Assembly (NCBI GenBank): GCA_018065965.1
Contig: JAGHSH010000095.1
Span: 1-32,266 of the forward strand
Reading direction: 5' to 3'
Length of the DNA stretch: 32,266 nt
DNA from: Candidatus Apopatocola equi
GTDB taxonomy: Bacteria; Bacillota; Clostridia; Oscillospirales; Oscillospiraceae
Under the pieces are notes generated by a model that saw only the letters and a program-made list of their open reading frames with translations, searched no databases and had not been told where the DNA came from. Shown piece after piece: positions 1-9,282 of this stretch (position 1 is its first letter; each line of letters starts with the position of its first letter). A program made the position numbers and the translations under genes.

Positions 1-2
1 AC

Positions 3-125
3 GAGGATCGCGCTTACCGGCAGGCACTGGGGCTTGCCGGGCAGGCCGCCGTCCGGGAGCGCTGCAGCGCGGAGAACTGTTTCCGCTTCCTCCGTACCGC
101 GTTGGAGGAGAGCGAAGCCCCATAA
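3..125 (+). CDS. 3' end of an upstream gene entering from the window edge (function unknown)
   Basis: The frame is open from base 3 to TAA at 123-125 (EDRAYRQALGLAGQAAVRERCSAENCFRFLRTALEESEAP*). GC is host-like. No family recognised. Confidence 0.3.
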   Translation, partial: EDRAYRQALGLAGQAAVRERCSAENCFRFLRTALEESEAP

Positions 126-150
126 CAGAAACGAAAAGGACACTCCGATC

Positions 151-1599
151 ATGACCAGGAAAGAAATTCTCCGCCGAATGGCGCTGGGAGCCGCTGCGGC
201 TCTCGCCCTTGCCCTGCTGATCCTCACCCTTGCGCTCCATCCCAGCCGCACGCTCATCGGGGGCTGGTACTACCGCCGGAACGAGACCGTGCTGGATCTC
301 TCCGGGGAGAAGCTCCGCTCCAACCGGGGGCTGCTGCGGCTGAACCGGCCGGAAAAGCTGGATCTGCGCGGCTGCCGTCTCAGCGCCGGGGAGCTCATCG
401 AGCTGGCGGAACGCTTCCCCGACTGCGAGATCCGCTGCGAGGTACCCGTAGGCAATGAGCGCATCGATAATTTCTCCGAGAGTCTGACGCTCAGCGAATG
501 CCGGGAGGAGCTTCTTATTCTCTTCCCCCGGCTCCGGACGCTGGAGCTGCGGGACGTCCTCCCGGAGGAGGCCGAGCGTTCCGCCTTTGCCCGGCGGCAT
601 CCGGCTCTGACCGTCCTCTACACCCGGGAGGCAGCGGCCGGGCACTACTTTCCCTTTGACTGCACGGAAATGGATCTCTCCGGCTGCACGGACTTCAGGC
701 TCTCGGCTCTCGCCCGACGGCTGCCGGAGTTCCCGCAGCTCCGGCGGCTCGTGCTCACCGGCTGCGGCTTTGAGCAGGAGAGTCTGCTTCTCTTCCGCAG
801 CGATCTGCCGGACATAGAGGTCGTGTGGGACATTCCTCTTTACGGAAAGACCTTCCTCTCCACAGACAGGGAGATCGATCTGAGCGGGCAATGGATCGCA
901 AAAACGGAGGAGCTGGAGGCCGCCCTGCCCTGCTTCTCCGAGCTGGAGACGGTGATCCTCTGCAACTGCGGCATTTCCGACGAGGATATGGATGCGCTGG
1001 ATCGGCGCTATGAGAACATACGTTTTCTCTGGGAGGTACATTTCGGGGTCTTCCATCTGCGCACCGACACCACCCGCTTTCTGGCGCTGGCCTGGGAGAA
1101 CGGCTACACCTGGCTCAGTGACGAGCAGCTGGTGCCCCTGAGCTACTGCCGGGACATGGTAGCGCTGGATCTGGGACATATGTGGTTTTCCGACACCACC
1201 TTCCTCCGGGACATGACCCACCTGCGCTGGCTCATCCTGGCCGACAACCGCATCAAGGACATCAGCTCCCTTGCCAATCTGCAGGAGCTGGAGTATCTGG
1301 AGCTTTTCCTCTGCGATGTGACGGACATCTCCCCCCTGCTCTCCTGCAAGAATCTGAAATACCTGAATCTGGCCTACTGCCCGGTGAAGAATGCGGAGCT
1401 TCTGGCGCAGCTGCCCTCGCTGGAGCGGCTCTGGGTCAACGGCTGCCCCATCAGCTACGCTGCCCTGCGGACGATCCGGGAGGCGCTGCCGAACATCGAG
1501 ATCAACACCGTCGGGGAGGAATCCACCGGTCAGGGCTGGCGGAAGCACCCGTCCTATTACGAAATGCGCGACGCCTTCGGTGCGGCGTATATGGAATAA
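151..1599 (+). CDS. membrane-anchored leucine-rich-repeat (LRR) protein
   Basis: ATG 151 is preceded by AAAGGA (134-140). An N-terminal TM helix (ALGAAAALALALLILTLAL) is followed by repeated LRR units, e.g. LRWLILADNRIKDISSLANLQELEYLELFLCDVTDISPLLSCKNLKYLNLAYC. The 34-150 TTG extension in the ORF track has no RBS and is discounted. Confidence 0.8.
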   Translation: MTRKEILRRMALGAAAALALALLILTLALHPSRTLIGGWYYRRNETVLDLSGEKLRSNRGLLRLNRPEKLDLRGCRLSAGELIELAERFPDCEIRCEVPVGNERIDNFSESLTLSECREELLILFPRLRTLELRDVLPEEAERSAFARRHPALTVLYTREAAAGHYFPFDCTEMDLSGCTDFRLSALARRLPEFPQLRRLVLTGCGFEQESLLLFRSDLPDIEVVWDIPLYGKTFLSTDREIDLSGQWIAKTEELEAALPCFSELETVILCNCGISDEDMDALDRRYENIRFLWEVHFGVFHLRTDTTRFLALAWENGYTWLSDEQLVPLSYCRDMVALDLGHMWFSDTTFLRDMTHLRWLILADNRIKDISSLANLQELEYLELFLCDVTDISPLLSCKNLKYLNLAYCPVKNAELLAQLPSLERLWVNGCPISYAALRTIREALPNIEINTVGEESTGQGWRKHPSYYEMRDAFGAAYME

Positions 1600-1640
1600 A
1601 AAAACTGCCCCGGCTTCCCTTTCGGAAAGCCGGGGCAGTA
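1598..1640. terminator. bidirectional rho-independent terminator between convergent genes
   Basis: A-run 1598-1604, then stem CTGCCCCGGCTT (1605-1616) / AAGCCGGGGCAG (1627-1638). Confidence 0.7.
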
Positions 1641-1644
1641 TCGT

Positions 1645-1869
1645 TCAGCACTCGCTGAAGGTGTAGCGGGCAGCGAGACCGAAGCTGTCGCCGGCCGTGA
1701 TCACCAGATCGCCGTCGGAGTTCTCATTGGCCTCGCGGACGGGGAAACGGCAGTGAGCCCTGACCCACTCCACGGGATCGTCACAGCGGACATCAATAAA
1801 CTCCGTCCGGGGTCTGTCTGCGCCGCCGCAGGGATTGATATCCTCCACCATTACTTCGTAATCTTTCAT
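1645..1869 (-). CDS. small hypothetical protein (74 aa)
   Basis: The ORF has host-like codon usage. It lies 17 nt downstream of the lipoprotein gene on the same strand and is followed by the terminator at 1598-1640. No motif recognised. Confidence 0.5.
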   Translation of the reverse strand: MKDYEVMVEDINPCGGADRPRTEFIDVRCDDPVEWVRAHCRFPVREANENSDGDLVITAGDSFGLAARYTFSEC

Positions 1870-1886
1870 AGCAGTCTCTTCGTCCT

Positions 1887-3236
1887 TTATCCTCTGTAAT
1901 ATGTCCAGAACTGCCCTTCCTCATAGGTCATCTTGAAGCAGTTGAAATACTGATCCTTGAGCCGGTAGCTCATTTCCGTCTCGGGGTCAAAAATATAGGT
2001 CACGCCGTCCTCAAAGGGGATCTCCACCCAGCTGTGGGGGTCAGCCTCATGACCCACCAGACCGCTGACGCATTTCGCATCGTAGCCCAGAGCGCGGGCC
2101 AGCGCCCAGAAGGTGCCGGTGAAGTTATAGCAGTTGCCCTTGCCGGTCTCCATCATGGTGCGGGCCTCGTCGATCTCCCAGCCGGTCTCGCCTACCTCAT
2201 AGTAGTTCCGGCGCAGGTAGAGGAAGCTGTCGCGGACATAGAGATACGCCTTTTTCAGCGCCTCCTCCCGGTCTCCCACCGGCTCGACCTTGTTGCGCAG
2301 CACCTTGGCCACCATGGCGTCCAGCAGCTCATCGCCGCTGGTATAGGCGCCGTCGCTGCCGAAATGCAGGCTGCCCAGATCGGTATCCTTGATGAAGTAG
2401 CCGTTTTCGTCAAAACAGAAGAGTCTGCCGTTGAGATGCAGGAAGCCCTGTCGGCTGCCCCAGTCCCGGCTTCCGCCGCCCAGCGCGGAAACGGCGGCAT
2501 AGCAGGGATGATCCCGGGGTACATCCGGGTAGTCGGCCGCGCCGCTCTGCAGTCCCAGCAGCTCGGCAAAGAGCATGGCCGCGCCGCCTCTCGTCAGCGG
2601 CAGCTCACAGTGGGAGAGCGCGGCATCCACCGCCGTCACCGGGAAGATCCGCTCCAGCAGAGCCGCCAGATCCCCCAGGGCAATGGGCACATCGGGGTAG
2701 AACTTTCCCTCGTCCAGCGGGAAATAGTCCGCCGCGGCAAGGGTGGAGGCCGCCTTGTAGCAGGCCGCCGCCGTGGTCACGTCCGCCAGAAACACCTCCG
2801 TGGCGGGCTTGTTCTGCAGCAGGTTATAGACCAGCCGCACAGCGTCGCTGCGGGTAAACTCCGCATCCGGCCGGAACAGGCCGTCCCGGTCAGGCTCAAA
2901 GGCGCCCCGGCCGTCGTTAAGTGCCGGAACGAAGGCTGCCGTCAGCTCCAGATCGGCGTGGATCTCCACCGTCTCCGGCCGGACAACGTTCCCCGCGGGA
3001 TCCAGCCAGCAGCGAAAGCCGCCCTCCACAGCCGCACCCGCGGGCGTACCGCCGTCCTCCAGCGTCTCGCTGCGGACGATCTCCCCGTTGACCGTATAGC
3101 GTACGGTGTAGAGGGGCGGGGCGGTGACCTCCGCTGTGGGCTCCGGCGTTTCCACAGCTGCCGACGGAACAGTTCTGCTTTTGCCGCAGCCTGTCAGCAG
3201 CAGGGCGAGGAGCAGAGGGATCAGCAGTTTTTTCAT
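1887..3236 (-). CDS. lipoprotein with C-terminal transglutaminase-like cysteine protease domain
   Basis: Start moved to ATG 3236, giving MKKLLIPLLLALLLTGC (signal peptide plus lipobox). The C-terminus GKGNCYNFTGTFWALARALGY...HSWVEIPF...FDPE fits the Cys-His-Asp transglutaminase core. Confidence 0.8.
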   Translation of the reverse strand: MKKLLIPLLLALLLTGCGKSRTVPSAAVETPEPTAEVTAPPLYTVRYTVNGEIVRSETLEDGGTPAGAAVEGGFRCWLDPAGNVVRPETVEIHADLELTAAFVPALNDGRGAFEPDRDGLFRPDAEFTRSDAVRLVYNLLQNKPATEVFLADVTTAAACYKAASTLAAADYFPLDEGKFYPDVPIALGDLAALLERIFPVTAVDAALSHCELPLTRGGAAMLFAELLGLQSGAADYPDVPRDHPCYAAVSALGGGSRDWGSRQGFLHLNGRLFCFDENGYFIKDTDLGSLHFGSDGAYTSGDELLDAMVAKVLRNKVEPVGDREEALKKAYLYVRDSFLYLRRNYYEVGETGWEIDEARTMMETGKGNCYNFTGTFWALARALGYDAKCVSGLVGHEADPHSWVEIPFEDGVTYIFDPETEMSYRLKDQYFNCFKMTYEEGQFWTYYRG

Positions 3237-3314
3237 AGGACTTCTCCAATAATCGACACAGAATAAGGTTAGTATACACGTTTTTTTCTTTTTCGCAAGC
3301 CCCTCCGCAGGCTC

Positions 3315-3343
3315 TTGCAAAAATTGTCAGCCTGCGTTATGAT
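3315..3343 (+). promoter_or_regulatory. sigma-A-type promoter for the exonuclease gene
   Basis: TTGCAA (3315-3320), 17-nt spacer, TATGAT (3338-3343), 22 nt upstream of the ATG. Confidence 0.45.
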
Positions 3344-3365
3344 GGGCGGGAGAGGAGCGTGAAGC

Positions 3366-3893
3366 ATGGAAAAGCCCAGTTATTCCCTGAACCGGAACTT
3401 CGATCCCTTTGTGGTCTTTGATCTGGAGACCACCGGCGTGGGCCGCGCAGACAAGATCACCGAGATCGGCGCGGTGCGCATGGAGTGCGGAGAGATCACC
3501 GCCACCTTTTCCTCTCTGGTGAATCCCGGCCGTCCCATACCCTATGAGGTGCAGCGCCTGACGGGCATCACCAACGCCATGGTGGCCGATGCCCCCACCG
3601 TGGAGGAGCTGCTGCCCTCCTTCCTCGATTTTGTGGGCGAGTGCCCGCTGGTGGCCCACAACGCTCCCTTTGACGCAGGCTTTCTGCTTCGGGAGTGCGA
3701 AAAGCTGGGGCTGCACGTAGATGTTCCCTTTGTTGATACCCTCCGGCTGGCCCGCCGGGTCTTTCCCGGGCTGCCCAGCTACAAGTTGGTGTATCTCACG
3801 GACTATTTCTGCATTTCCCAGAGCAGCGCCCACCGGGCCTGGTGCGACGCGGAGGCCACCGGAAAGCTGTATCGGATGATGAGAGAGTCCTGA
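3366..3893 (+). CDS. DnaQ / Pol III epsilon-like DEDDh 3'-5' exonuclease
   Basis: Exo motifs FVVFDLETTG, VAHNAPFDAGFL and HRAWCDAEATGKL. RBS GGAGAGGAG lies upstream of ATG 3366. Confidence 0.85.
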   Translation: MEKPSYSLNRNFDPFVVFDLETTGVGRADKITEIGAVRMECGEITATFSSLVNPGRPIPYEVQRLTGITNAMVADAPTVEELLPSFLDFVGECPLVAHNAPFDAGFLLRECEKLGLHVDVPFVDTLRLARRVFPGLPSYKLVYLTDYFCISQSSAHRAWCDAEATGKLYRMMRES

Positions 3894-4100
3894 GTTCTGC
3901 GTCCCGTCCTCCTGCACCTTCCGGCAAAACGGACAGGTGCATGTTTCTTTTTGCGCTCAGCACCCGGGAGGAGGGCTGCTGCCGCTTTGTCAGCGGGATG
4001 GTAACGGTTTGATAAAAAAATGCCTCCCGATTTGTTGTTTTTTTGTTGTCTTTGTCCTTTGGCATTTTGCATCCAAAAGGATATAATTGGAAATATATAA

Positions 4101-5540
4101 ATGAGAAAGGTTAATGAACGGTTTATGGATGAAAAGCAACGCCTCGCCCGCGAGAACAGGCGAAAAATGATGCTGGAGGAGAAGATGCTGCGGGTGATCC
4201 CCAAGGTGGCCATTCCCATGATCATCTCCTCTCTGGTAGACTCGATTTACAATCTGGCCGATACCTTCTTTGTCAGCCAGCTGGGTAAGAGCGCCACGGC
4301 TGCCGTGGCGGTCAACGACTCGCTGATGACGATCCTGAGGGCGGTGTCCATGGGCTTTGCCATCGGCGCGTCCAGCTACATCTCCCGTCTTACGGGTGCG
4401 GAGAAGGATGAACGGGCCTCCAGCGTAGCCAGTACGACGCTGATCGTGGGCTGCATTTTCTCGGCTCTGTTCGCCGGTGTGTGCCTCTGCTTCCGGGGGC
4501 CGCTGGTGCTGCTGCTGGGCATCACGCAGGACGCCAAGCAGTACTGCATGGACTATGCCCTGTGGATCCTGCTGGCCGCACCCTTTACCACAGCGGGACT
4601 GATGATGAACCAGTTTCTGCGAAGTGAGGGCAGTACCACCTATGCCATGATCGGCACCACCTCCGGCTGTATCCTCAACTGCATTCTGGATCCCCTCTTT
4701 ATCCGCACCTTCGGCTGGGGCGTGGGCGGCGCAGCGGCGGCCACGGCACTCTCCAAGGTGGTAAGCTGCTTCGTGCTGGCCCTGCCCTTTATCCGCCACT
4801 CCGCCATGCTGACCCTCTCGCCCAGGCTTTTCAGTCTAGAGAAGGACAATGTGACCGAGGTGGCCCGTATGGGTATCCCCTCCTTCCTGCGTATGTCCCT
4901 GATGTCTCTGGGCGGCATCGTCACCAACAACGTGGCGCGCGGCTTCGGCACGGCAGTGCTGGCGGCCATCTCCATTGCCAACAAGCTCAATAAGTTCATC
5001 TCCTCCGCCATCATGGGCTTCTCTCAGGGCTTCGGCCCCGTGGCGGGCTTCTGCTGGGGCGCGAAGCGCTACAGGCGTGTCCGGGAGGCCTATTTCACCA
5101 CGCTGGGCATCGGTTCGGTCTGCGCCCTCGTTTTCGGCGGCGCCATGTTCTTCGGTGCGGGCCCGCTGATCGGCGTGTTCAACTCCGAGAGCGACCCGGA
5201 GGTGCTGGCCATCGGCATCCTGAAGATCCGCAGCCTCTGCCTGATGCTGATCCCTCATATCGTGGTCATGGTCACCAGCAACCTCTACCAGTCGCTGGGC
5301 CGTCCCGTCGGCAATCTGGTGCTGAGTATGTCCCGGCAGCTGCTGGTGCTGATCCCGCTGGTGCTGACCCTGCCCCGCATCTACGGCGCCAATGGCCTTG
5401 CCGTGACGCAGGCGGCATCCGACGGCATATCCTTCCTGCTGCTGGCTCTGCCCCTTGTCATCTATATGTTCAGGAAGATCGGCAAGCTTCAGGACGGCGA
5501 TCCCTCGCCCTTTGCCTCCGATGCGAAGGTGAACAGATAA
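4101..5540 (+). CDS. MATE family efflux transporter
   Basis: 479-aa polytopic membrane protein. The N-terminal region IPMIISSLVDSIYNLADTFFVSQLGKSATAAVAV is typical of MATE/NorM-type exporters. Confidence 0.85.
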   Translation: MRKVNERFMDEKQRLARENRRKMMLEEKMLRVIPKVAIPMIISSLVDSIYNLADTFFVSQLGKSATAAVAVNDSLMTILRAVSMGFAIGASSYISRLTGAEKDERASSVASTTLIVGCIFSALFAGVCLCFRGPLVLLLGITQDAKQYCMDYALWILLAAPFTTAGLMMNQFLRSEGSTTYAMIGTTSGCILNCILDPLFIRTFGWGVGGAAAATALSKVVSCFVLALPFIRHSAMLTLSPRLFSLEKDNVTEVARMGIPSFLRMSLMSLGGIVTNNVARGFGTAVLAAISIANKLNKFISSAIMGFSQGFGPVAGFCWGAKRYRRVREAYFTTLGIGSVCALVFGGAMFFGAGPLIGVFNSESDPEVLAIGILKIRSLCLMLIPHIVVMVTSNLYQSLGRPVGNLVLSMSRQLLVLIPLVLTLPRIYGANGLAVTQAASDGISFLLLALPLVIYMFRKIGKLQDGDPSPFASDAKVNR

Positions 5541-5548
5541 TACAAGCG

Positions 5549-5603
5549 AAAAGAGACGGTTTTCTCCTGTCGTTCCGACAGAAGAGAACCGTCTCTTCTT
5601 TTG
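5549..5603. terminator. bidirectional terminator between MATE and clpC
   Basis: Stem AAGAGACGGTTTTCTC (5551-5566) / GAGAACCGTCTCTT (5584-5597), followed by a T-run at 5598-5602. Confidence 0.65.
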
Positions 5604-5625
5604 CTTGCGGAAGCCTCCGGCTGAT

Positions 5626-7635
5626 TTACGCCGCAGTCTTCACCACATCCAGTGCGCCGTCTGTCACGATCAGCTCGGCTTTGTCGCCCGCCCTGATCTT
5701 TCCCTCCAGCAGCCGCTCGGCGGCGGTGTCCTCCACCTGCGCCTGAACGGTGCGGCGCAGGGGCCGTGCGCCGTACTCCGGATCGTAGCCCCGGGTGCAG
5801 AGCAGCTCCAGCGCCTCGTCCGTGACGGAGAGCTCCACGCCGATATCCCGCAGGCGCTGCTTCACGCTCTCGAGCATATGGAGGGCGATGGTACGGATAT
5901 CCTCCCGTCCGAGCTGACGGAATACGATGGTATCGTCAATGCGGTTGAGGAATTCGGGGCGGAAGGTCTTTTTCAGATCCTGCAGGATGAGCCCGCGGCT
6001 CTCCTCGTAGCTCCGCTCTTCCCCGTTCCCGCCGCTGAAGCCCAGTGCCGTTTTCTTTTCGGTCAGGTAGCGTGCGCCCAGATTGCTGGTCATGACGATG
6101 ATGGTATTGCGGAAGTCCACAAGCCGACCCTGAGCGTCGGTCAGACGGCCGTCGTCCATGATCTGCAGGAGGATGTTGAAAACGTCCTCGTCCGCCTTCT
6201 CGATCTCGTCGAAAAGCACCACGCTGTAGGGCTTGCGGCGCACCTTCTCGGTGAGCTGGCCGCCCTCGTCATAGCCCACATAGCCCGGAGGGGAGCCGAT
6301 GAGCTTGCTGACGGTGTGCTTTTCCATATATTCGCTCATGTCCAGCCGGATCATGGCGTTCTCATCGCCGAACACCGCCTCGGCCAGCGCCTTGCACAGC
6401 TCGGTCTTGCCCACGCCGGTGGGGCCCAGGAACAGGAAACTGCCCACGGGGCGCTTGGGATCCTTCAGTCCCACACGGCCCCGGCGGATAGCTTTGGACA
6501 CGGCGGTGACCGCCTCGTCCTGCCCCACCAGTCTGCGATGGAGCACATCCTCCATATGCAGCAGCCGCTGACTTTCGTCCTCCGTCAGACTCTGCACGGG
6601 AACTCCCGTCCAGCCGGAGACCACGGCGGCGATGTCCTCGGCCGTGACCGATGTGCCGCTGCTGCGGGAAGCGTCCCAGCTCTCCCGCTCCTTTTTCAGC
6701 TCCTCCTGCTGCTCCCGCTCCCGATCCCGGAGAATGGCGGCCTGCTCATAATCCTGCGCCTTGATGGCCTCCTCCTTCTCGGCGGCGATGGCACGGAGCC
6801 TGTCCTCGATCACGCGCATACCGTCGGGGGCGGTGAGCGTGCCCATCCGCACCCGGGAGGCCGCCTCGTCCATCAGATCGATGGCCTTGTCCGGCAGGAA
6901 GCGGTCGGCAATGTAGCGGGAGGAGAGCCGCACGGCAGCCTCCACCGCCTCATCGGTGATGGTGAGCTTATGGTGCGCCTCGTAGCGGTCGCGGAGACCC
7001 TTGATGATGGCGATGCTCTCCTCCGCGGTGGGCTCGTCCACGGTCACGCTCTGGAACCGGCGCTCCAGCGCCGCGTCCTTTTCGATATACTTTCTGTACT
7101 CATTCAGGGTCGTCGCGCCGATAAGGCGGATCTCGCCGCGCCCCAGAGCCGGCTTGATGATGTTGGCCGCATCGATGGCGCCCTCGGCAGCGCCTGCACC
7201 GATGATGGTATGCAGCTCGTCGATGAAGAGGATCACGTCGCTGCTCTTGCCCGCCTCCTCAATGGCGGCCTTGATGCGCTCCTCAAAATCGCCCCGGTAC
7301 TTGGTTCCGGCCAGCATGGAGGTCAGATCCAGCGTGATGAGCCGCTTGCTGCGCAGATCCTCGGGCACCTCCCCGGCATGGATCCGCTGGGCAAGCCCTT
7401 CCACGATGGCGGTCTTGCCTACGCCGGGCTCACCGATGAGCACCGGGTTATTCTTGCTGCGGCGGGAGAGGATCTGGATCACCCGGAGGATCTCCCGATC
7501 CCGGCCGATGACCGGATCCAGCTGTCCCTTTGCGGCCAGCTCCGTCAGATCCCGGCCGTACTGATCCAGCGTCCTGGTTTCGCTGCGGCGCTCCCGATCC
7601 CGGCCCTTTGCCCCGCTTCGCGCGGTGTCCCGGCT
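5626..7635 (-). CDS. clpC: ClpC AAA+ body (D1, UVR-like middle domain, D2); same frame as the N-domain ORF but separated from it by TAG 7636-7638; first usable start is GTG 7482
   Basis: Walker A motifs GEPGVGKT and GPTGVGKT, and middle-domain sequence [21 protein letters not shown]. Codons 7635-7483 read [51 protein letters not shown], the normal ClpC linker. Confidence 0.85.
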   Translation of the reverse strand, partial: SRDTARSGAKGRDRERRSETRTLDQYGRDLTELAAKGQLDPVIGRDREILRVIQILSRRSKNNPVLIGEPGVGKTAIVEGLAQRIHAGEVPEDLRSKRLITLDLTSMLAGTKYRGDFEERIKAAIEEAGKSSDVILFIDELHTIIGAGAAEGAIDAANIIKPALGRGEIRLIGATTLNEYRKYIEKDAALERRFQSVTVDEPTAEESIAIIKGLRDRYEAHHKLTITDEAVEAAVRLSSRYIADRFLPDKAIDLMDEAASRVRMGTLTAPDGMRVIEDRLRAIAAEKEEAIKAQDYEQAAILRDREREQQEELKKERESWDASRSSGTSVTAEDIAAVVSGWTGVPVQSLTEDESQRLLHMEDVLHRRLVGQDEAVTAVSKAIRRGRVGLKDPKRPVGSFLFLGPTGVGKTELCKALAEAVFGDENAMIRLDMSEYMEKHTVSKLIGSPPGYVGYDEGGQLTEKVRRKPYSVVLFDEIEKADEDVFNILLQIMDDGRLTDAQGRLVDFRNTIIVMTSNLGARYLTEKKTALGFSGGNGEERSYEESRGLILQDLKKTFRPEFLNRIDDTIVFRQLGREDIRTIALHMLESVKQRLRDIGVELSVTDEALELLCTRGYDPEYGARPLRRTVQAQVEDTAAERLLEGKIRAGDKAELIVTDGALDVVKTAA

Positions 7636-8070
7636 CTAGATCCCCCGCAGGCGTTCGAGAATGTCGGTATAGAGCCGGTTCAGATCCACGCCCGTGGAGG
7701 TGAGCATACGGGCGGCGGTGCAGTCCCCCTGCCGGAGGATGCCCATGAGCAGATGCTCCGTACCCACATAGCTCTGTCCCAGTCTGGCCGCATCTGCGGC
7801 GGCGAGCTCCACGGCGCGCTTGCAGCGGGGACTCAGTCCCTGCAGGGGTGCGCCGGGTGTGCCTCTGCCGTTTTCCTTTTCCAGCAGCTCCGCAAGGAAT
7901 GCCTCGTCCAGTCCCGCCGTGCGCAGTACCCTCGCGCCAAGTCCCTCACTCTCCCGGGCGATGCCCAGCAGCAGGTGCTCCGTGCCCACATAGCTGTGAC
8001 CGAATTCCCCGGCGCACTCCTGCGCCTTCTCAATGGCGGAGCGTGCCCGCTCAGTGAATTTATCGTTCAT
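7636..8070 (-). CDS. clpC: ClpC N-terminal double Clp_N repeat domain, ORF terminated by an in-frame TAG
   Basis: MNDKFTERARSAIEKAQECAGEFGHSYVGTEHLLLGIARE... with a second repeat LGQSYVGTEHLLMGILRQ. RBS AAAGGAGGGA lies upstream of ATG 8070. Confidence 0.85.
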   Translation of the reverse strand: MNDKFTERARSAIEKAQECAGEFGHSYVGTEHLLLGIARESEGLGARVLRTAGLDEAFLAELLEKENGRGTPGAPLQGLSPRCKRAVELAAADAARLGQSYVGTEHLLMGILRQGDCTAARMLTSTGVDLNRLYTDILERLRGI

Positions 8071-8136
8071 GTCCTGTCCCTCCTTTGCAAAAGGGGCGCG
8101 CCGTGCGCGCCCCGTGAACCGTCAGATATGCTTTGC

Positions 8137-8568
8137 TTATTCCTTCATCTTCTTCAGCGCATCCCGCAGCTCGATGGCCTTTTCATAGTCCTCCCGCGCC
8201 ACGGCGTCCTTCAGCTGCTGCTCCAGAATATTGCGCTCCCGGCGGGCCTTCAGCTCACTCTCGCAGCTCCGGGCGTTCTCCGTCTGCTGCTCCCCGCTCT
8301 GCTTCTGCTCCGCTTCGGCGCTGCGTGCGCCGAGGGTCATGGGCTGGCGGGTGAGGCCGAAGAAGCTCTCAAAGGGAGAGAAGAAATCCTCAAAGAAGCT
8401 CCGGCCGAAGCCGAAGGCCGGGCCAAAGTCAAAGCCCCGGGAGAAGCGCTCCTGCAGCCCCTCCTCCTTTGCGCACTCCTCGCAGAGACGGATCTCTCTG
8501 CTCACGCCGTTGACAGTTTCTCTATAATAGTAGTTCGCTTCGTTCTTACCGCATTTTCCGCACTTCAT
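8137..8568 (-). CDS. McsA-like UvrB/UvrC-motif protein (zinc finger plus UVR domain)
   Basis: N-terminal CGKCG...CEEC, an F/G-rich middle region, and a C-terminal UVR motif LKDAVAREDYEKAIELRDALKKM. It sits between ctsR and clpC. Confidence 0.75.
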   Translation of the reverse strand: MKCGKCGKNEANYYYRETVNGVSREIRLCEECAKEEGLQERFSRGFDFGPAFGFGRSFFEDFFSPFESFFGLTRQPMTLGARSAEAEQKQSGEQQTENARSCESELKARRERNILEQQLKDAVAREDYEKAIELRDALKKMKE

Positions 8569-8591
8569 TGTACATTCTCCTTTACAAAAAA

Positions 8592-9050
8592 TCAGTCGTT
8601 TATGGTCTGCAATAACATATACTTGAAAATGGAGGACCGCACCGTGTCCCGGATCTCCCGGGGCAGCGAATGGAGGGCATTGTCCCCGATGCCCGCAAGG
8701 ATGAGCCGGGCGTCCCGCTCGGCCAGCACCCCCTGATGCACCGCATTGCTCAGGAACGCCGCCGCTGTCCGGAGATCCAGACTGCCGCCCACGCTGTTGA
8801 TGGTATGCATGATCACGCTGCGGGGATCCGTCAGCTGCACGCGGCTGATGCGGATATAACCGCCGCCTCCCCGCCGGGATTCCACCACATAACCCCGCTC
8901 CGGGGAAAAGCGGGTGGAGATCACATAGTTGATCTGGCTGGGCACGCAGTTGAATTTGTCCGCCAGCACGCTCCGCTGCAGCTCGGCGCTGCCGTCCGAA
9001 TCCTCCAGTGCCTCCAGAATAAAGCTCGCTATCAGATCGCTGACCGCCAT
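8592..9050 (-). CDS. ctsR: CtsR class III stress-gene repressor
   Basis: KFNCVPSQINYVISTRFSPERGYVVESRRGGGGYIRISRV is the CtsR signature. Start taken as ATG 9050 with RBS AAAGGTGGAG; the track's GTG 9062 is less likely. Confidence 0.9.
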   Translation of the reverse strand: MAVSDLIASFILEALEDSDGSAELQRSVLADKFNCVPSQINYVISTRFSPERGYVVESRRGGGGYIRISRVQLTDPRSVIMHTINSVGGSLDLRTAAAFLSNAVHQGVLAERDARLILAGIGDNALHSLPREIRDTVRSSIFKYMLLQTIND

Positions 9051-9070
9051 TTGCTTCTCCACCTTTCGAA

Positions 9071-9093
9071 TTTGACTTTGACTTTCTTTGACC
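9071..9093 (-). promoter_or_regulatory. CtsR operator (tandem heptad)
   Basis: The minus strand reads GGTCAAA-GAA-AGTCAAA-GTCAAA, matching the A/GGTCAAA-NAN-A/GGTCAAA consensus. It lies just downstream of the -10 element. Confidence 0.8.
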
Positions 9094-9103
9094 TTTCGAG
9101 TGT

Positions 9104-9132
9104 ATTATAGTCAGGGAAAGTCAAAATGTCAA
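9104..9132 (-). promoter_or_regulatory. sigma-A promoter of the ctsR operon
   Basis: Minus strand: TTGACA (9132-9127), 17-nt spacer, TATAAT (9109-9104). Confidence 0.7.
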
Positions 9133-9224
9133 GTGGGAAAATTGTGAAGTTTTTGTGATTTCTCGCGTTTGTAATACCTTTTGCGCATGACCTCATATTT
9201 TTTTCTATTGCATAGAAAATGTAG

Positions 9225-9252
9225 TTGCAATTTACGCAAGATATGTTAGAAT
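9225..9252 (+). promoter_or_regulatory. promoter of the ferredoxin gene
   Basis: TTGCAA (9225-9230), 16-nt spacer ending in TGT, TAGAAT (9247-9252). Confidence 0.5.
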
Positions 9253-9282
9253 GCTGATAATTCCAGATAGGAGGTACATACA

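Noticed and set aside
34-150. TTG-initiated extension of the LRR protein
   Set aside because: It has no RBS and an Arg/Ser-rich non-protein-like sequence. It also overlaps the open end of the upstream gene in another frame. ATG 151 has a good RBS and starts at the TM anchor.
7636-7638. TAG in clpC as evidence of genome-wide TAG reassignment (e.g. pyrrolysine)
   Set aside because: TAG is used as the apparent terminator of other ORFs in the window (19532, 14983, 16112). No pyl genes or suppressor tRNA are visible. A point mutation or sequencing error is more parsimonious.
5605-8736. 1043-aa plus-strand ORF, the longest in the track
   Set aside because: It lies entirely antisense to clpC, the McsA-like gene and ctsR, all of which have unmistakable family motifs. 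Its product is low-complexity and Ala/Gly/Leu/His-rich, which is typical of stop-poor antisense frames in high-GC DNA.
9118-9133. Second CtsR box on the plus strand (AGTCAAAATGTCAAG) overlapping the -35 element
   Set aside because: Only the first heptad matches. The spacing to the second TCAAG element is wrong for the heptad-3-heptad consensus. At most it is a half-site.
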